Of a stretch of DNA of 64,000 nt, positions 18,278 through 27,772 are shown in pieces. Both the position numbers and the translations under genes were made by a program. Position 1 is the stretch's first letter; each line of letters begins with the position of its first letter. The DNA is from Myxococcales bacterium (GTDB lineage: Bacteria; Myxococcota_A; Polyangia; Palsa-1104; JAEUJZ01): positions 1-64,000 of the forward strand of contig JAEUJZ010000076.1 in NCBI GenBank assembly GCA_016794505.1, read 5' to 3'. The notes below the pieces were generated by a model, which saw only the letters and a list, made by a program, of their open reading frames with translations, ran no database searches and was not told where the DNA came from.

Positions 18278-20386
18278 TCAGGGCTTGGCGCGATAGGTGG
18301 CGAGGAGCGGGATCAGCGCAGCCCGACGCGCGTCGTAGCCGGACAAGATGGTGGCAGCGCGCGAGGCGATGATGCTGCGCGCGATGGCGCAGTCGGCGTA
18401 GCCAGCATTGAAGTTGCGAAGCTCAACCATCGCGGCGCAGATGGCCGGCGTGCTGAGCAGCGCCTGCAGCGCCGTCCGGGTCTGGTCCAGCGCCGCAGCC
18501 ATGCGCCCCCGATCCAAGCGCCCGTACAAGCCCGCTTCAAGCTGGTCGACGAACATGCGATACACCTTGGCATCGGGCAGGATCTTGAAGTCCATGCGGG
18601 CCTCGGCGCAGTACGCCATACCATTGGGGTCCATATAGGCATTGGCCCCGCCTGAGTGACAATTTGTATATCCCTCAGGATCCCAAGCCATAAAACGATA
18701 CGTTTCTCCGACCCCACCCTTGCCATCGGCCTGCTCGCTGGCATGCACGTACAGCTCATCAATGTAATCGCCCGAACGGAAGATTGATTGATTGGCGAGA
18801 TAGCGCATGTATTGATCGAGATCCATGTTTTCGCGCAGCGCCGCGACCAAGGCATCGCCAGTTAGCGGAGCAATCTTAGTCATGAATGCGCGATAGCGAT
18901 TGACCGGCGCGACCAGGTCGCCATTGTCCGAATACAGCACTTCAAACGTGTCATTTCCGCCCGATGGGTATAGGCGGCGCATTACGGTTCTTACACGAGA
19001 ATGGTCGCGTTGCAGCTCTTCTCGCGTTTTTTCTACCAACATATAGATGCCGCGAGTGCGGCCATCAATAATCAGCTCAACGAAGCGATAGGTCGATGTG
19101 AACAGATCCCCGGACAGCAGGGAATAGACGGTTGGCGAATAAACATACGCCGGGTCGTCGCACATCGATATCAGGGTGTATTCATCGGATGCCGAGTTAG
19201 GCAATAGATATCGATCAGGGCCTTCAAGCTGAACCGTATAGCCCTTTCGTTCGCAGCGCAGCGAGCTTTGACCGCGCAGGTGCGCGGTGGCCAGGACCGT
19301 CGGCTGCCCCGGCGCCAGCCGCATCTGTAGCTGAAAGTCGCTCTTCGCCAGCGCTTCGTTGTACGTCGCCGACTGCGTGGCGCGGATGCGCTCGTCATGA
19401 GCGGCGCGCTGGGCAGCGTCGAAGACAAACTCGATCACGGGCGTATAGCTGCGCTTCGCACTGTCGATGGTGTCGACGCTGCAGGCCATGCCGATCTCTT
19501 CCGGCAGCGTCGCGGGCAGGTCGGTGTCGAGCTCGCCCTGCAGGTTTTGCACGCGCAGCTTGGCGTCTACTTTGGTCTCGATGCCGCAGACGGACAGCTT
19601 GTAAAAGGCCCCTTGCCGCACCGCATCGATGGCGTAAGACGCCGACGAAAGGCCCGCGGCATCGGGCGTTACCGCCATGACATAGGCTTGCGGATAGTCG
19701 ACAAAGACCTGCTTTGGATCGGCCGTCAGCACCACCACGCTGCGCATGACATCCGGGCCTTTGCCGCCGATCTCTTCGGTGTCGCTGACTACCGGGCCGA
19801 TTGCCTGCAGCAGGGCGGGCGGATCGGCATCGCCATCGACACCATTTTGATATCGCAGCAGGGCTTCATTGAGCATCGTGCGATCAGCTAAGAAATTAGA
19901 AAAGATTTGTATTGATGAACCATAGCGATACAGCGCAATTCGCTCATTGGCTGGGCGGCTGGTGACAAACTGCGAAATCGCCAGGGCCAAAAGCGCCCGC
20001 TCGCTGGCTGGCTGCCTGGGGGGCAGCAAGATCGACGTGTACCCCGGAGCCAGAGCCACCTTTTGCAGCTTGCTGGTGAGCGGACTTTCGTCGATCGGAC
20101 GAAGCGAGAAGCGAGCCGAAAGATCCTCGGCAAATGGCGCGGCGGTGGCCCGGTTCAAGACGCCCACGGTGAGCTCGCGACCCCCGCCCGGCCAGCGCGC
20201 CGACCGCAGCAGAAGGAAGCGCGCCGCTTCTTCAGGCGGGGGGGGCGGCTCGGGGATAGGCATCATCTGGATGCCTTCGCTTGAGCACGCCGACAGCCCC
20301 ACCGTGGCCAGCGCAGTCATACACACGATCGCGAAGGCTGCTTTTCCGCGATAGCGAAGTACTGTATTTGTAGATATTCTATTCAT
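18278..20386 (-). CDS. CotH-like (atypical kinase fold) lipoprotein.
   Basis: Lipobox LSAC. The C-terminal region (FVELIIDGRTRGIYMLVEKTREELQRD) is CotH-like. The 5' end is encoded by unusually AT-rich DNA. Confidence 0.55.
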   Translation of the reverse strand: MNRISTNTVLRYRGKAAFAIVCMTALATVGLSACSSEGIQMMPIPEPPPPPEEAARFLLLRSARWPGGGRELTVGVLNRATAAPFAEDLSARFSLRPIDESPLTSKLQKVALAPGYTSILLPPRQPASERALLALAISQFVTSRPANERIALYRYGSSIQIFSNFLADRTMLNEALLRYQNGVDGDADPPALLQAIGPVVSDTEEIGGKGPDVMRSVVVLTADPKQVFVDYPQAYVMAVTPDAAGLSSASYAIDAVRQGAFYKLSVCGIETKVDAKLRVQNLQGELDTDLPATLPEEIGMACSVDTIDSAKRSYTPVIEFVFDAAQRAAHDERIRATQSATYNEALAKSDFQLQMRLAPGQPTVLATAHLRGQSSLRCERKGYTVQLEGPDRYLLPNSASDEYTLISMCDDPAYVYSPTVYSLLSGDLFTSTYRFVELIIDGRTRGIYMLVEKTREELQRDHSRVRTVMRRLYPSGGNDTFEVLYSDNGDLVAPVNRYRAFMTKIAPLTGDALVAALRENMDLDQYMRYLANQSIFRSGDYIDELYVHASEQADGKGGVGETYRFMAWDPEGYTNCHSGGANAYMDPNGMAYCAEARMDFKILPDAKVYRMFVDQLEAGLYGRLDRGRMAAALDQTRTALQALLSTPAICAAMVELRNFNAGYADCAIARSIIASRAATILSGYDARRAALIPLLATYRAKP

Positions 20387-20582
20387 TTGTTTTACCTTTT
20401 ACGACCTTATATTTAATAACCGTTCCTTGACCTTCGGCCAGATCGTTCAACTGGAAATCCTCGCAGCCAAAGCCCCGAGCCACATGATTGTGATGTATTC
20501 CCTCAATAAGCCACCCACTCGGCGTCACACTTGCAGCCGCGGGCCCGTCGCAGGCACGGAGCATGGCACATGCCAAGATCAA
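20379..20582 (-). CDS. Small ORF (67 aa) immediately upstream of the CotH-like gene, overlapping its start by 8 nt.
   Basis: An ATG-initiated ORF lying in the AT-rich island. No recognisable family. It could be a leader or partner peptide. Confidence 0.2.
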   Translation of the reverse strand: MILACAMLRACDGPAAASVTPSGWLIEGIHHNHVARGFGCEDFQLNDLAEGQGTVIKYKVVKGKTNE

Positions 20583-20586
20583 TTAT

Positions 20587-20803
20587 GAAAAATCAACAAG
20601 AATAAACAACTGTTTCTTGCGGCGTTATGGAATGGGCAGTAGGAAGCCAAATCCGTAACAACCGTCGATCGCAAAATTACGTGCTTTTTTGCGCACATAA
20701 CGCAGGAGGGCCGCAGCCGTATGCCATGGGCCGTTGCTCTCATACCCGGACATCATCGATGATGAAGCTACCCACGTCTGTTTGACGTGTAGAGGAGAGC
20801 CCT
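20587..20803. promoter_or_regulatory. AT-rich divergent promoter island between the CotH-like operon and the EGF/beta-helix lipoprotein gene.
   Basis: Locally low GC (tttatatttaataacc…, aatcaattatgaaaaatcaacaagaataaacaactg), which contrasts with the ~70% GC background. A good SD (gaggagag) sits 5 nt before the ATG at 20804. Confidence 0.4.
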
Positions 20804-22642
20804 ATGAGTCGAGACTATGCTTACCGCCACGGCCGCGTCGCGCTGTGGTTCACAGCCCTGAGCCTGAGTGCGGCATGCACTGGGGGTAATCCCGACTTTT
20901 CCGAGGCACTGCCGCCCGACGTGATGACCCCAAGTGATCCCTGTCAGGTGCAAGCCTGTGCAAACGGCGGCATCTGTCGCTTCGACGGCAGCGTCGCGCT
21001 GTGCGACTGCCCGGCCGGGTTTACCGGCGCTCTGTGCGAGGTCAACATCAACGACTGCCCCGCCGATGCCTGCGAAAACGGCGGCACCTGTGTCGATGGG
21101 GTCGGCAGCTACACCTGCGCGTGCCCACCGGGCATCGCCGGAGATCGCTGCGAGATCGACCTGGACCTGCGCCTGACGGTGCCGCGCCGCATGATCAACG
21201 ACAAGTCGCTATCGCTGCGCGCTGAGATGCTGGATCCAGACACCGGCAACATCGTCACCGATGGCTGCTACGACACGCTGGGCAACGTGACCGTCACGAG
21301 CGCTAGCGATGGCACGGTGATTCCCAGCACGGTGGTGATCTTCGATGATCACGTCCCGGTGCCCGACGACTCGATCCGCTTCTATCACGGCGTCGGCAGC
21401 GTCTCTTTGACCTTGGATGGCGGCGCCGCCGTGCCTGCCGGCGAGTACTGGGTGACCGTGACGGTTGGCCAGCGCACCGCCAAGCGCCGCCTGACCGTCG
21501 AGTCGAGCCCAACCTGGCGCGTCATGCCTCCCGCTCTGAGCGGTGCCGACTTGGTCTGGGGCCCGAACGAGAACATCCGGCTCTCTTCGCATCAGACGAT
21601 CGTGCCGGCCGGCGAGACGCTGACCATCCACCCTGGCACCCTGATCATGGTCGACACGACGGGCGGCTATGAAGACGGCACGCTGCTCGTGGTCAACGGC
21701 AAGATGGCGGCCGCTGGCACCATCGAGCAGCCGATTCACTTCTTCTCGACGCGCGGCGCCGCGGCGATGACGCATACGCTCAGTGGTCGCTCGCTATCGA
21801 ACCCCAACTCGTGGCGCGGCATCTTTTTCTATGGCGACCAGACCTCGAACATGGATTGGGTCGTGCTAAGTGGCGCCGGCAACGGGCCGCTCGCCGGACA
21901 CCCGCGGCCGCCGATCTTGAACCTGGCCAACAAGCACAACCTGACCGTTCACGACAGCGTGCTGGTCGACGCTACCGGCATGATGTTCCAGAGCCCCGGC
22001 ACCGGCACAACGACGATTCGCCGCACGCTGGTGTCGCGCGTCGGCATCGGCGCCGAGTTCTTGTCGAGCGGCAACACCGTGCTGATCGAAGACTCGTGGT
22101 GGACCTCGATCGGCCGCGGCCCGGATACGCCGCTGCGCTATGACGGCGATGGCATCCACGTCGACGGTGCGGCATCGAAGCAGACCATCCGTCGCTCGTT
22201 CGTGGTCGACATCGGTGACGACGCCATCGATCACTCGAACTCGACGTTCACCATCGAGGACACGGTCATCCACGATGCTGCCGACAAAGCGATCAGCATG
22301 ACCAACGGCCTGGCGACGATCCGCAACTCGCTGATCTTCAACGCGGGCTCGGGCGTGCGTGGCACGGCTCGCGTGTACAACAGCACCATCGCGTCGCCAT
22401 CCCCGATCGCCAACCCACAGGTGCTGAAGGACAGCATCATCTGGCCGTACAGCCTCTCAAGCTGTGCGGGCGATGTGAGCTATTCGCTGCTCGCCACGGG
22501 CTCGGATCTTAGCTGCGGCATGGGCAACTTCTCGATGAACCCGATGTTCCAAGACCCCGCAAGCTGCAACTACCGCCTCGCTGTGGGCTCGCCTGCGCTG
22601 ACTGCGTCGTCGACCGGTGGTCCCATCGGCTACAGCCGCTAA
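20804..22642 (+). CDS. Lipoprotein with two calcium-binding EGF-like domains followed by a right-handed parallel beta-helix (pectate-lyase-fold) region.
   Basis: Lipobox LSAAC. EGF-like CANGGICRFDGSVALCDCPAGFTGALCE and DINDCPADACENGGTCVDGVGSYTCACPPGIAGDRCE. Then beta-helix-like repeats rich in N/T/S/G/I/V. Confidence 0.65.
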   Translation: MSRDYAYRHGRVALWFTALSLSAACTGGNPDFSEALPPDVMTPSDPCQVQACANGGICRFDGSVALCDCPAGFTGALCEVNINDCPADACENGGTCVDGVGSYTCACPPGIAGDRCEIDLDLRLTVPRRMINDKSLSLRAEMLDPDTGNIVTDGCYDTLGNVTVTSASDGTVIPSTVVIFDDHVPVPDDSIRFYHGVGSVSLTLDGGAAVPAGEYWVTVTVGQRTAKRRLTVESSPTWRVMPPALSGADLVWGPNENIRLSSHQTIVPAGETLTIHPGTLIMVDTTGGYEDGTLLVVNGKMAAAGTIEQPIHFFSTRGAAAMTHTLSGRSLSNPNSWRGIFFYGDQTSNMDWVVLSGAGNGPLAGHPRPPILNLANKHNLTVHDSVLVDATGMMFQSPGTGTTTIRRTLVSRVGIGAEFLSSGNTVLIEDSWWTSIGRGPDTPLRYDGDGIHVDGAASKQTIRRSFVVDIGDDAIDHSNSTFTIEDTVIHDAADKAISMTNGLATIRNSLIFNAGSGVRGTARVYNSTIASPSPIANPQVLKDSIIWPYSLSSCAGDVSYSLLATGSDLSCGMGNFSMNPMFQDPASCNYRLAVGSPALTASSTGGPIGYSR

Positions 22643-22787
22643 GAACGGACCCGAGCGCCGACGGTCGCACAAGACAGCGGCCGTCGGCGGCGTCCGCTCG
22701 CTCCGCTCTGTCTTCCCATCACCACGTGAAAGCCACTCGCTCTGCTCGCGTTCCGCGACGCGGCTGGGCTGCCGGCATTCGTGGTGG

Positions 22788-23435
22788 CTATGGCGACGGA
22801 GAAACGCTCGCTGACGTCTTCGGCAAAAGCTCGGCAGGAAGCGCATCGGCAGTCAGACGGCGCGGCCGATTGCGACGAAACGCCGTGAGAAGAATCAGCA
22901 GCAGACCGCCCAACAAGCACAGGCGCAGGGGCAGCAGCGGACTGCGCTGGACCACATCCCAGGCCAGCACCAGAAACACGACGAAGCCCAAAAGAAACAG
23001 GCTCAGCGCGGCCAAGCCGATGTAGTACGCGATCGGCGAGTAACCGCCGACGATCGCAAGCTGCGGGTTTTTCGCGGCGGCCCGCTGACACAGCGCCCGC
23101 ACGAACGGCGCATAGGCATCGGCTTGGTCGACGAAGTCCGCCAGACCCCGGAAGTGCAGACTGACCAGCATGCGCCGCACCGCCGGACCAGGGGCCGCCG
23201 CCCAGACCTGGCACTCAAAGCGGTTCGACTGATAGCGCCCTGGTGCGTACGCCAATCGGATTTGGTGGATGCTGGAAAGCGGGATGCGCCACGGTCCTTT
23301 TTGCGCCTGCGCTGCGTTCGTATCGTCGCTGGCTCGCTCGTCGATCTCTAGCGTGTCCTCATCGAGCGCATAGCGCTGCAGACGGCTAAACAGCGTGGGC
23401 CGTACCTCGTAGTGCAGTCGATCCATCTTGGCCAT
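22788..23435 (-). CDS. Membrane protein with an N-terminal PH-like soluble domain and two C-terminal TM helices.
   Basis: Hydrophobic stretches IAYYIGLAALSLFLLGFVVFLVLAW and LLPLRLCLLGGLLLILL. Protein-like composition, unlike the overlapping 22639-23214 frame. Confidence 0.45.
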   Translation of the reverse strand: MAKMDRLHYEVRPTLFSRLQRYALDEDTLEIDERASDDTNAAQAQKGPWRIPLSSIHQIRLAYAPGRYQSNRFECQVWAAAPGPAVRRMLVSLHFRGLADFVDQADAYAPFVRALCQRAAAKNPQLAIVGGYSPIAYYIGLAALSLFLLGFVVFLVLAWDVVQRSPLLPLRLCLLGGLLLILLTAFRRNRPRRLTADALPAELLPKTSASVSPSP

Positions 23436-23688
23436 CCCCCACAGCCACCGGTCGATGCGCGTACCAGCGCTGCCGCATCAGCGTATCAGCGTCGCGGCCT
23501 TCGCAGGGAGCGATCGTTGCCGTGAGCAAGCCCCCCCCCCAGAACACGTACCAGCCCCTCGCGATACCTCTCGTGGCAGACGGGCTTCGCAATGACCAAG
23601 GCAGCCCCGACCGTGCAGCCAGAGCGACTGCCGCGTGGTCTGCAGACCCGCGACAAGCCGCGCATCGCGACGGGATCCGCAGAGCGGC

Positions 23689-26445
23689 CTACGGGGCTTT
23701 CTTGCCGTTATCGAGCTCGCTCTCGATGTCAGCCCACGCCGAGGCTGAGTCTTCAGCCCAGGTCGGCGAGACCTCGCTCGCGGATCCGTCTTGGGCCGGC
23801 TCTGCCATCGCTGCGGCAGCCGACTGCGCCTTGGCCAGCGCTTCGGCCAGAGGCAGCTTGTTGCTGAACTTCTCGCCACCTTCCGTGACCGGCATGGTGT
23901 AGCTGCGGCCGCGCTCAAAGACCTGATCCGCAGCGGCGCGGAAGCGCTTCCACAGCGCTTCGTTCTCGGCCTTGGGCGCTGGGCCAATGCGCTTCCACTC
24001 GCCCATCAGGCGCTTGATTTCTGATTCGGCAGCGTCCTGATCCAGGTCGTCTTTGCCGGCCAGCGCCTCGGCCTGCTGGCACAGCGCGTCTTTCTTCTTG
24101 GCGTTGCCGCTGCGCTCTTGATCCTGCTCGGCAAACGCGGCCTGGCGACGCTCAAAGAAGGCATCGCAGGCGGCCCGGAAGCGCTGCCACAGCGCCTCGT
24201 TCTGATCCTTGGGCGCTGGACCCAGCGCTTTCCAATCGGCCTGCAGGCCCTTTATGGCCTCGCCCGTTGTCTTCCAGTCCGTCGAGTATCGCAGCGACTC
24301 GGCGCGAATGCACAGCGCCTCTTTCTTCTTGGCGTTCTCGGCGCGCTCGCTGTCTAGCTCGGCGTAGTGCTGCTTTTGTTCGCCATGGATCTTGTCGGCC
24401 GCCGCCTTGAAGCGCTGCCACAGCGCCTCGCCCTGCTCGCGCGAGGGCACTAGGCCCACGGTCTTCCATTCCGCCTGCAGCGCTTTGAGCTGTTCGCTGG
24501 TCGCCTTCCAGTCAACACGCGCTTGCTTTTCTGCCGCTATGTCCGTCGGTAAAGTCGCATCTGGCGTCGACGCCGGCTCGCTCGGGGCCGCTCCGGCCAG
24601 CGTGGCAAGCAGCGCTTCGATGCGCTGACACAGCGCTTCTTTCTTTGCCAGGTTGGCGCTGCGCTCAGCCTCGCTGCCCGCCTTCAGACGATCGTAAATA
24701 CGGTCGCCCTGATCTTTGAAGCGCTGCCACAGCGCTTCCGACTTTTCCTTCGGCGCTGGGCCGACTTTCTTCCACTCGCCCTGCAGCGCCTTCAGCACGT
24801 CCAGGACCACATCGGGCTCTAGCTCGGCGCCACGCTTTTCGACCTCGGCCCATAGCGCCTCCATCTGCAGGCAGAGCTCTTCCAGCTTCGGCACGTTGGC
24901 AAAACGCTGCCACTCTTCCTTGTCGCGCAGATCGTTCAGCTTGATGACCACCGCCGCTCGCGCCGCATCGTACCGCTTGCGCGCTGCTGCTCCCGACTCT
25001 CGCGGCAGCGGGTTGGCGCTGACCACCACCTCGTGCGCGGCCTTCAGCACTTGCTCGGCCTGCTTCACCTTCAGGTTCTCTGCCGCTGCCAGCTTCTCTA
25101 GCTTCTCGCACTCGGCCTCGATGCGGGCCAGGTTGCGCGACTGCTCCTCTTGGCGGCGCTTCTCGTCGGCAGAGCGGCGCTCGGCTTCCTTCTGCATGCG
25201 CTCGGCCTGCTCGGCTTCGCGCTGCTTGCGCTCGGCTTCTCGCTTCTCGCGCAGCGCAGCACGGGCGGCGCGCTCGGCTTTTTCCTCTTCGGAAAGCTCA
25301 GGTGGCGCCGCCGGCTTTTCAGGCTCTTCAGCAGTGCCGCGGCCGGGATCAGCGGGCTCTTCTTTCTTGCGTGGACGCGCAGCGTGTACCTCGTCTGCTG
25401 TCGGTCGCGCCGGCTTGTCTGCCGCCTCTTTTGCTGTCGCTGGAGGCACGGCCGGAACGACGACCGGCGCCTCTTTGGCCTGCGCTCGCTTGACGAAGGC
25501 ATCGCGTCGCTGCTGCAGGCGACTCACCGCACGCTCAAAGCGCTTGCTCAGCGCAGCCGGCGCCTCGCCCAAAGCGCCCCGCCACTCCGCGCGCGTCGCA
25601 GCGATCACATCGTCGACATCGGCATAGTCGCTGGGATCGTCGCTCTTGGCGGCGATCTCAAGGCGCTGGCACAGAGCCTCGCGACGATCGGCGGTCGCTG
25701 CCGCGGGCTTGGCTTTGGCGCTGGCAGCGGTCGGCGCTGCTTTGCCGCGCGCCACGGTGACTTTTTCGTCGGAAACAACGCTGAGCCCAAGCTTCTCGCG
25801 GGCCAGCGCCCGCAGGCCTTTGCTGCGCCCTTTCTGCGCGATCTCAGACAGCAGATCGCGGGTCTGGATCTTCTGCAATGCGCGCAGCGACAGCTCTTTG
25901 GGCAGCTCTTTGGCGAGGTTCGCCATCAACAGATCGGCGAGCAGCTCTTCATCGCGCAGCTTGTCGATGGCCGATCCGCGCAGGTCGACATCGCTGCCTC
26001 GGCGAATGACCTCGGCGAACGACCGCGCCTCGCGCAGGCGATCAAAGGCCAGATGGCGCGCTTCGCTCAGGCGAGCACGCACGACGACATCGGTCAGCGT
26101 GCGCTCGTCGCGAGCCGCATCGCCGGTCTGGATGCGCGCGATGATCTCGGACGCTTCAGCGGCCGCATCGGCTTGCAGCGCGGCGGCCAGCATGCGCTCG
26201 GACGCTTTGTCGAGAGCATCGCGGCGCAAGTCCTCATCGGGCTCGGCCTGCGCCACTTCCAGAAGCAGCTCTGGATCGTCGATCTTTTTGATGGCGATGC
26301 GTCGCACCCGCACGTCGCGGTCATGCCGAGCGACCTGTACTAAGCGCGGCAGATCTTCATCCGCGGACAGATCTTTGATGGCTTCCAGGCGAACGTTGGG
26401 GTCGCTGTGTTTCCACTTGGGGCGAAAAAGGTCAAGAAATCCCAT
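23689..26445 (-). CDS. DUF349-repeat protein with N-terminal HEAT/PBS-lyase-like repeats.
   Basis: At least 7 repeats of W(K/Q)..GP(A/V)PKE..EALWQRF(K/R)AA.D.(F/I). The N-terminus has DPNVRLEAIKDL / DRDVRVRRIAIKKI. Confidence 0.7.
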   Translation of the reverse strand: MGFLDLFRPKWKHSDPNVRLEAIKDLSADEDLPRLVQVARHDRDVRVRRIAIKKIDDPELLLEVAQAEPDEDLRRDALDKASERMLAAALQADAAAEASEIIARIQTGDAARDERTLTDVVVRARLSEARHLAFDRLREARSFAEVIRRGSDVDLRGSAIDKLRDEELLADLLMANLAKELPKELSLRALQKIQTRDLLSEIAQKGRSKGLRALAREKLGLSVVSDEKVTVARGKAAPTAASAKAKPAAATADRREALCQRLEIAAKSDDPSDYADVDDVIAATRAEWRGALGEAPAALSKRFERAVSRLQQRRDAFVKRAQAKEAPVVVPAVPPATAKEAADKPARPTADEVHAARPRKKEEPADPGRGTAEEPEKPAAPPELSEEEKAERAARAALREKREAERKQREAEQAERMQKEAERRSADEKRRQEEQSRNLARIEAECEKLEKLAAAENLKVKQAEQVLKAAHEVVVSANPLPRESGAAARKRYDAARAAVVIKLNDLRDKEEWQRFANVPKLEELCLQMEALWAEVEKRGAELEPDVVLDVLKALQGEWKKVGPAPKEKSEALWQRFKDQGDRIYDRLKAGSEAERSANLAKKEALCQRIEALLATLAGAAPSEPASTPDATLPTDIAAEKQARVDWKATSEQLKALQAEWKTVGLVPSREQGEALWQRFKAAADKIHGEQKQHYAELDSERAENAKKKEALCIRAESLRYSTDWKTTGEAIKGLQADWKALGPAPKDQNEALWQRFRAACDAFFERRQAAFAEQDQERSGNAKKKDALCQQAEALAGKDDLDQDAAESEIKRLMGEWKRIGPAPKAENEALWKRFRAAADQVFERGRSYTMPVTEGGEKFSNKLPLAEALAKAQSAAAAMAEPAQDGSASEVSPTWAEDSASAWADIESELDNGKKAP

Positions 26446-26560
26446 GCGTTAGGGCTCCAGCGGTCCCACTGTAACGCCGTTATCGTTTTGAAATGAAGCG
26501 AGAAAAACGCAGCGGGCCGCCATGCATCGACATCGGCTGCGCCCCAACGGCCGTCGCTGC

Positions 26561-27517
26561 TTAGCCGACGCGGCGCGCGTGTACGTCGGTGGCCTGCGAG
26601 CCGGTGCGGGCAGCCAGGCAGCGCTGCAGCACATCGCCGTCGAGGTTGCCGCCGGAAATCACCAGAACCGTGCTCTCGCTGACGCTCAAGCGACCGCTGC
26701 ATACCGCGGCCAAGACCACGGCTGCAGACGGCTCGACGATCAAGCCCAGGCGATGAAAGGCGAAAGCGACTGCGTCCATGATCTCGCTCTCGGACACCAA
26801 GACCAGCTGCCGCAGGTACTGCTTTACGGCGCGAAAGCTGCGCCACCCGACGCCACCTTCGAGCTCTTCGCACAGCGTACGCGGGCCGAGAAACTCGGTC
26901 AGCGCCCGATCGCAGGCCAGCGAGGCCGACATCGCCGAGTGAACTTCAGGCTGCACGCCGATGACCTCGATCCCCTCTTCACAGACGGCGCTGGCCAAGC
27001 CGGCGGCCAGGCCACCATGTCCCATCGGCACGACGATCTGCGACAGACCAGCGCCCTGCGTAAGCAGCTCATGCCCCAGCCACGCGCCATCGCCTTCCAT
27101 GACGTCAAGGTCTTCGCAGGGCGACACAAACAAGGCATCGCGCAGCGCTGCTACGCGCCGACCGGCCTTTTCGGCCTCGACCATCGAGGTCCCTTGGCGA
27201 ATCAGCTCAGCCCCGAAGCTTGAGATGCCTTCGCGCTTGCAGCGCGGCGCGCTCTCGGGCACGACGACCCGCACGGGAATGCCCAGCTTGCGCCCGACGC
27301 AGGCCAGAGCCAGGCCCTGATTTCCCGCCGACGCGGCGACCACGCCGGCTGTGCGATCGACGGCAGCCAGTCGCGACAGCTTCAGCGCCGCGCCGCGCAG
27401 CTGAACCGATCCCGTGCGCTGCAGCGACTCTAGCTTCAGGCGGCAGCCCAAGACCGGCATGCGCAGAAGGGGAGTAACTCGGCACAACGCACGCGCAGCC
27501 TCGGGGATATCTCGCAT
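26561..27517 (-). CDS. Threonine/serine-dehydratase-fold (PLP fold-type II) protein that lacks the Schiff-base lysine.
   Basis: Aligns to the IlvA/TdcB core, but the SFKxRGA motif reads GSVQLRGA (Lys->Gln) and SAGNHAQG reads SAGNQGLA. Gly-rich PLP loops are retained (VPMGHGGLAAG). Confidence 0.65.
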   Translation of the reverse strand: MRDIPEAARALCRVTPLLRMPVLGCRLKLESLQRTGSVQLRGAALKLSRLAAVDRTAGVVAASAGNQGLALACVGRKLGIPVRVVVPESAPRCKREGISSFGAELIRQGTSMVEAEKAGRRVAALRDALFVSPCEDLDVMEGDGAWLGHELLTQGAGLSQIVVPMGHGGLAAGLASAVCEEGIEVIGVQPEVHSAMSASLACDRALTEFLGPRTLCEELEGGVGWRSFRAVKQYLRQLVLVSESEIMDAVAFAFHRLGLIVEPSAAVVLAAVCSGRLSVSESTVLVISGGNLDGDVLQRCLAARTGSQATDVHARRVG

Positions 27518-27772
27518 GCGCGGATGGTAACAAAGCCGCATGCGAAACCGCGCATGCAAACCCGCGCGATCGCGGCAAAATTCGCTGCGCCGGGCCCCAG
27601 TGTCCCTTCCCGGAAGATCGTCTCAGCCCCGAGGACTTGGCTGTCGTCTAGCTGAAACGCGCGAGGAGGGCGCAGGCCGGGTGCCATAGAACCGACATGC
27701 AATGCCACCGACGGACGACAGACGAGACCACATGGCGACGAACTTCAGGGGCGCGACGCTAGCCAGCCTTGA

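Noticed and set aside
24716-26452. Several 260-400-aa '+' ORFs across the DUF349 gene, and apparent DNA repeats that could resemble a repeat array.
   Set aside because: They are antisense to a gene with strong internal protein repeats. Their translations are Ser/Ala/Arg low-complexity. The repeats are unequal in length and spacing, coding, and not CRISPR-like.
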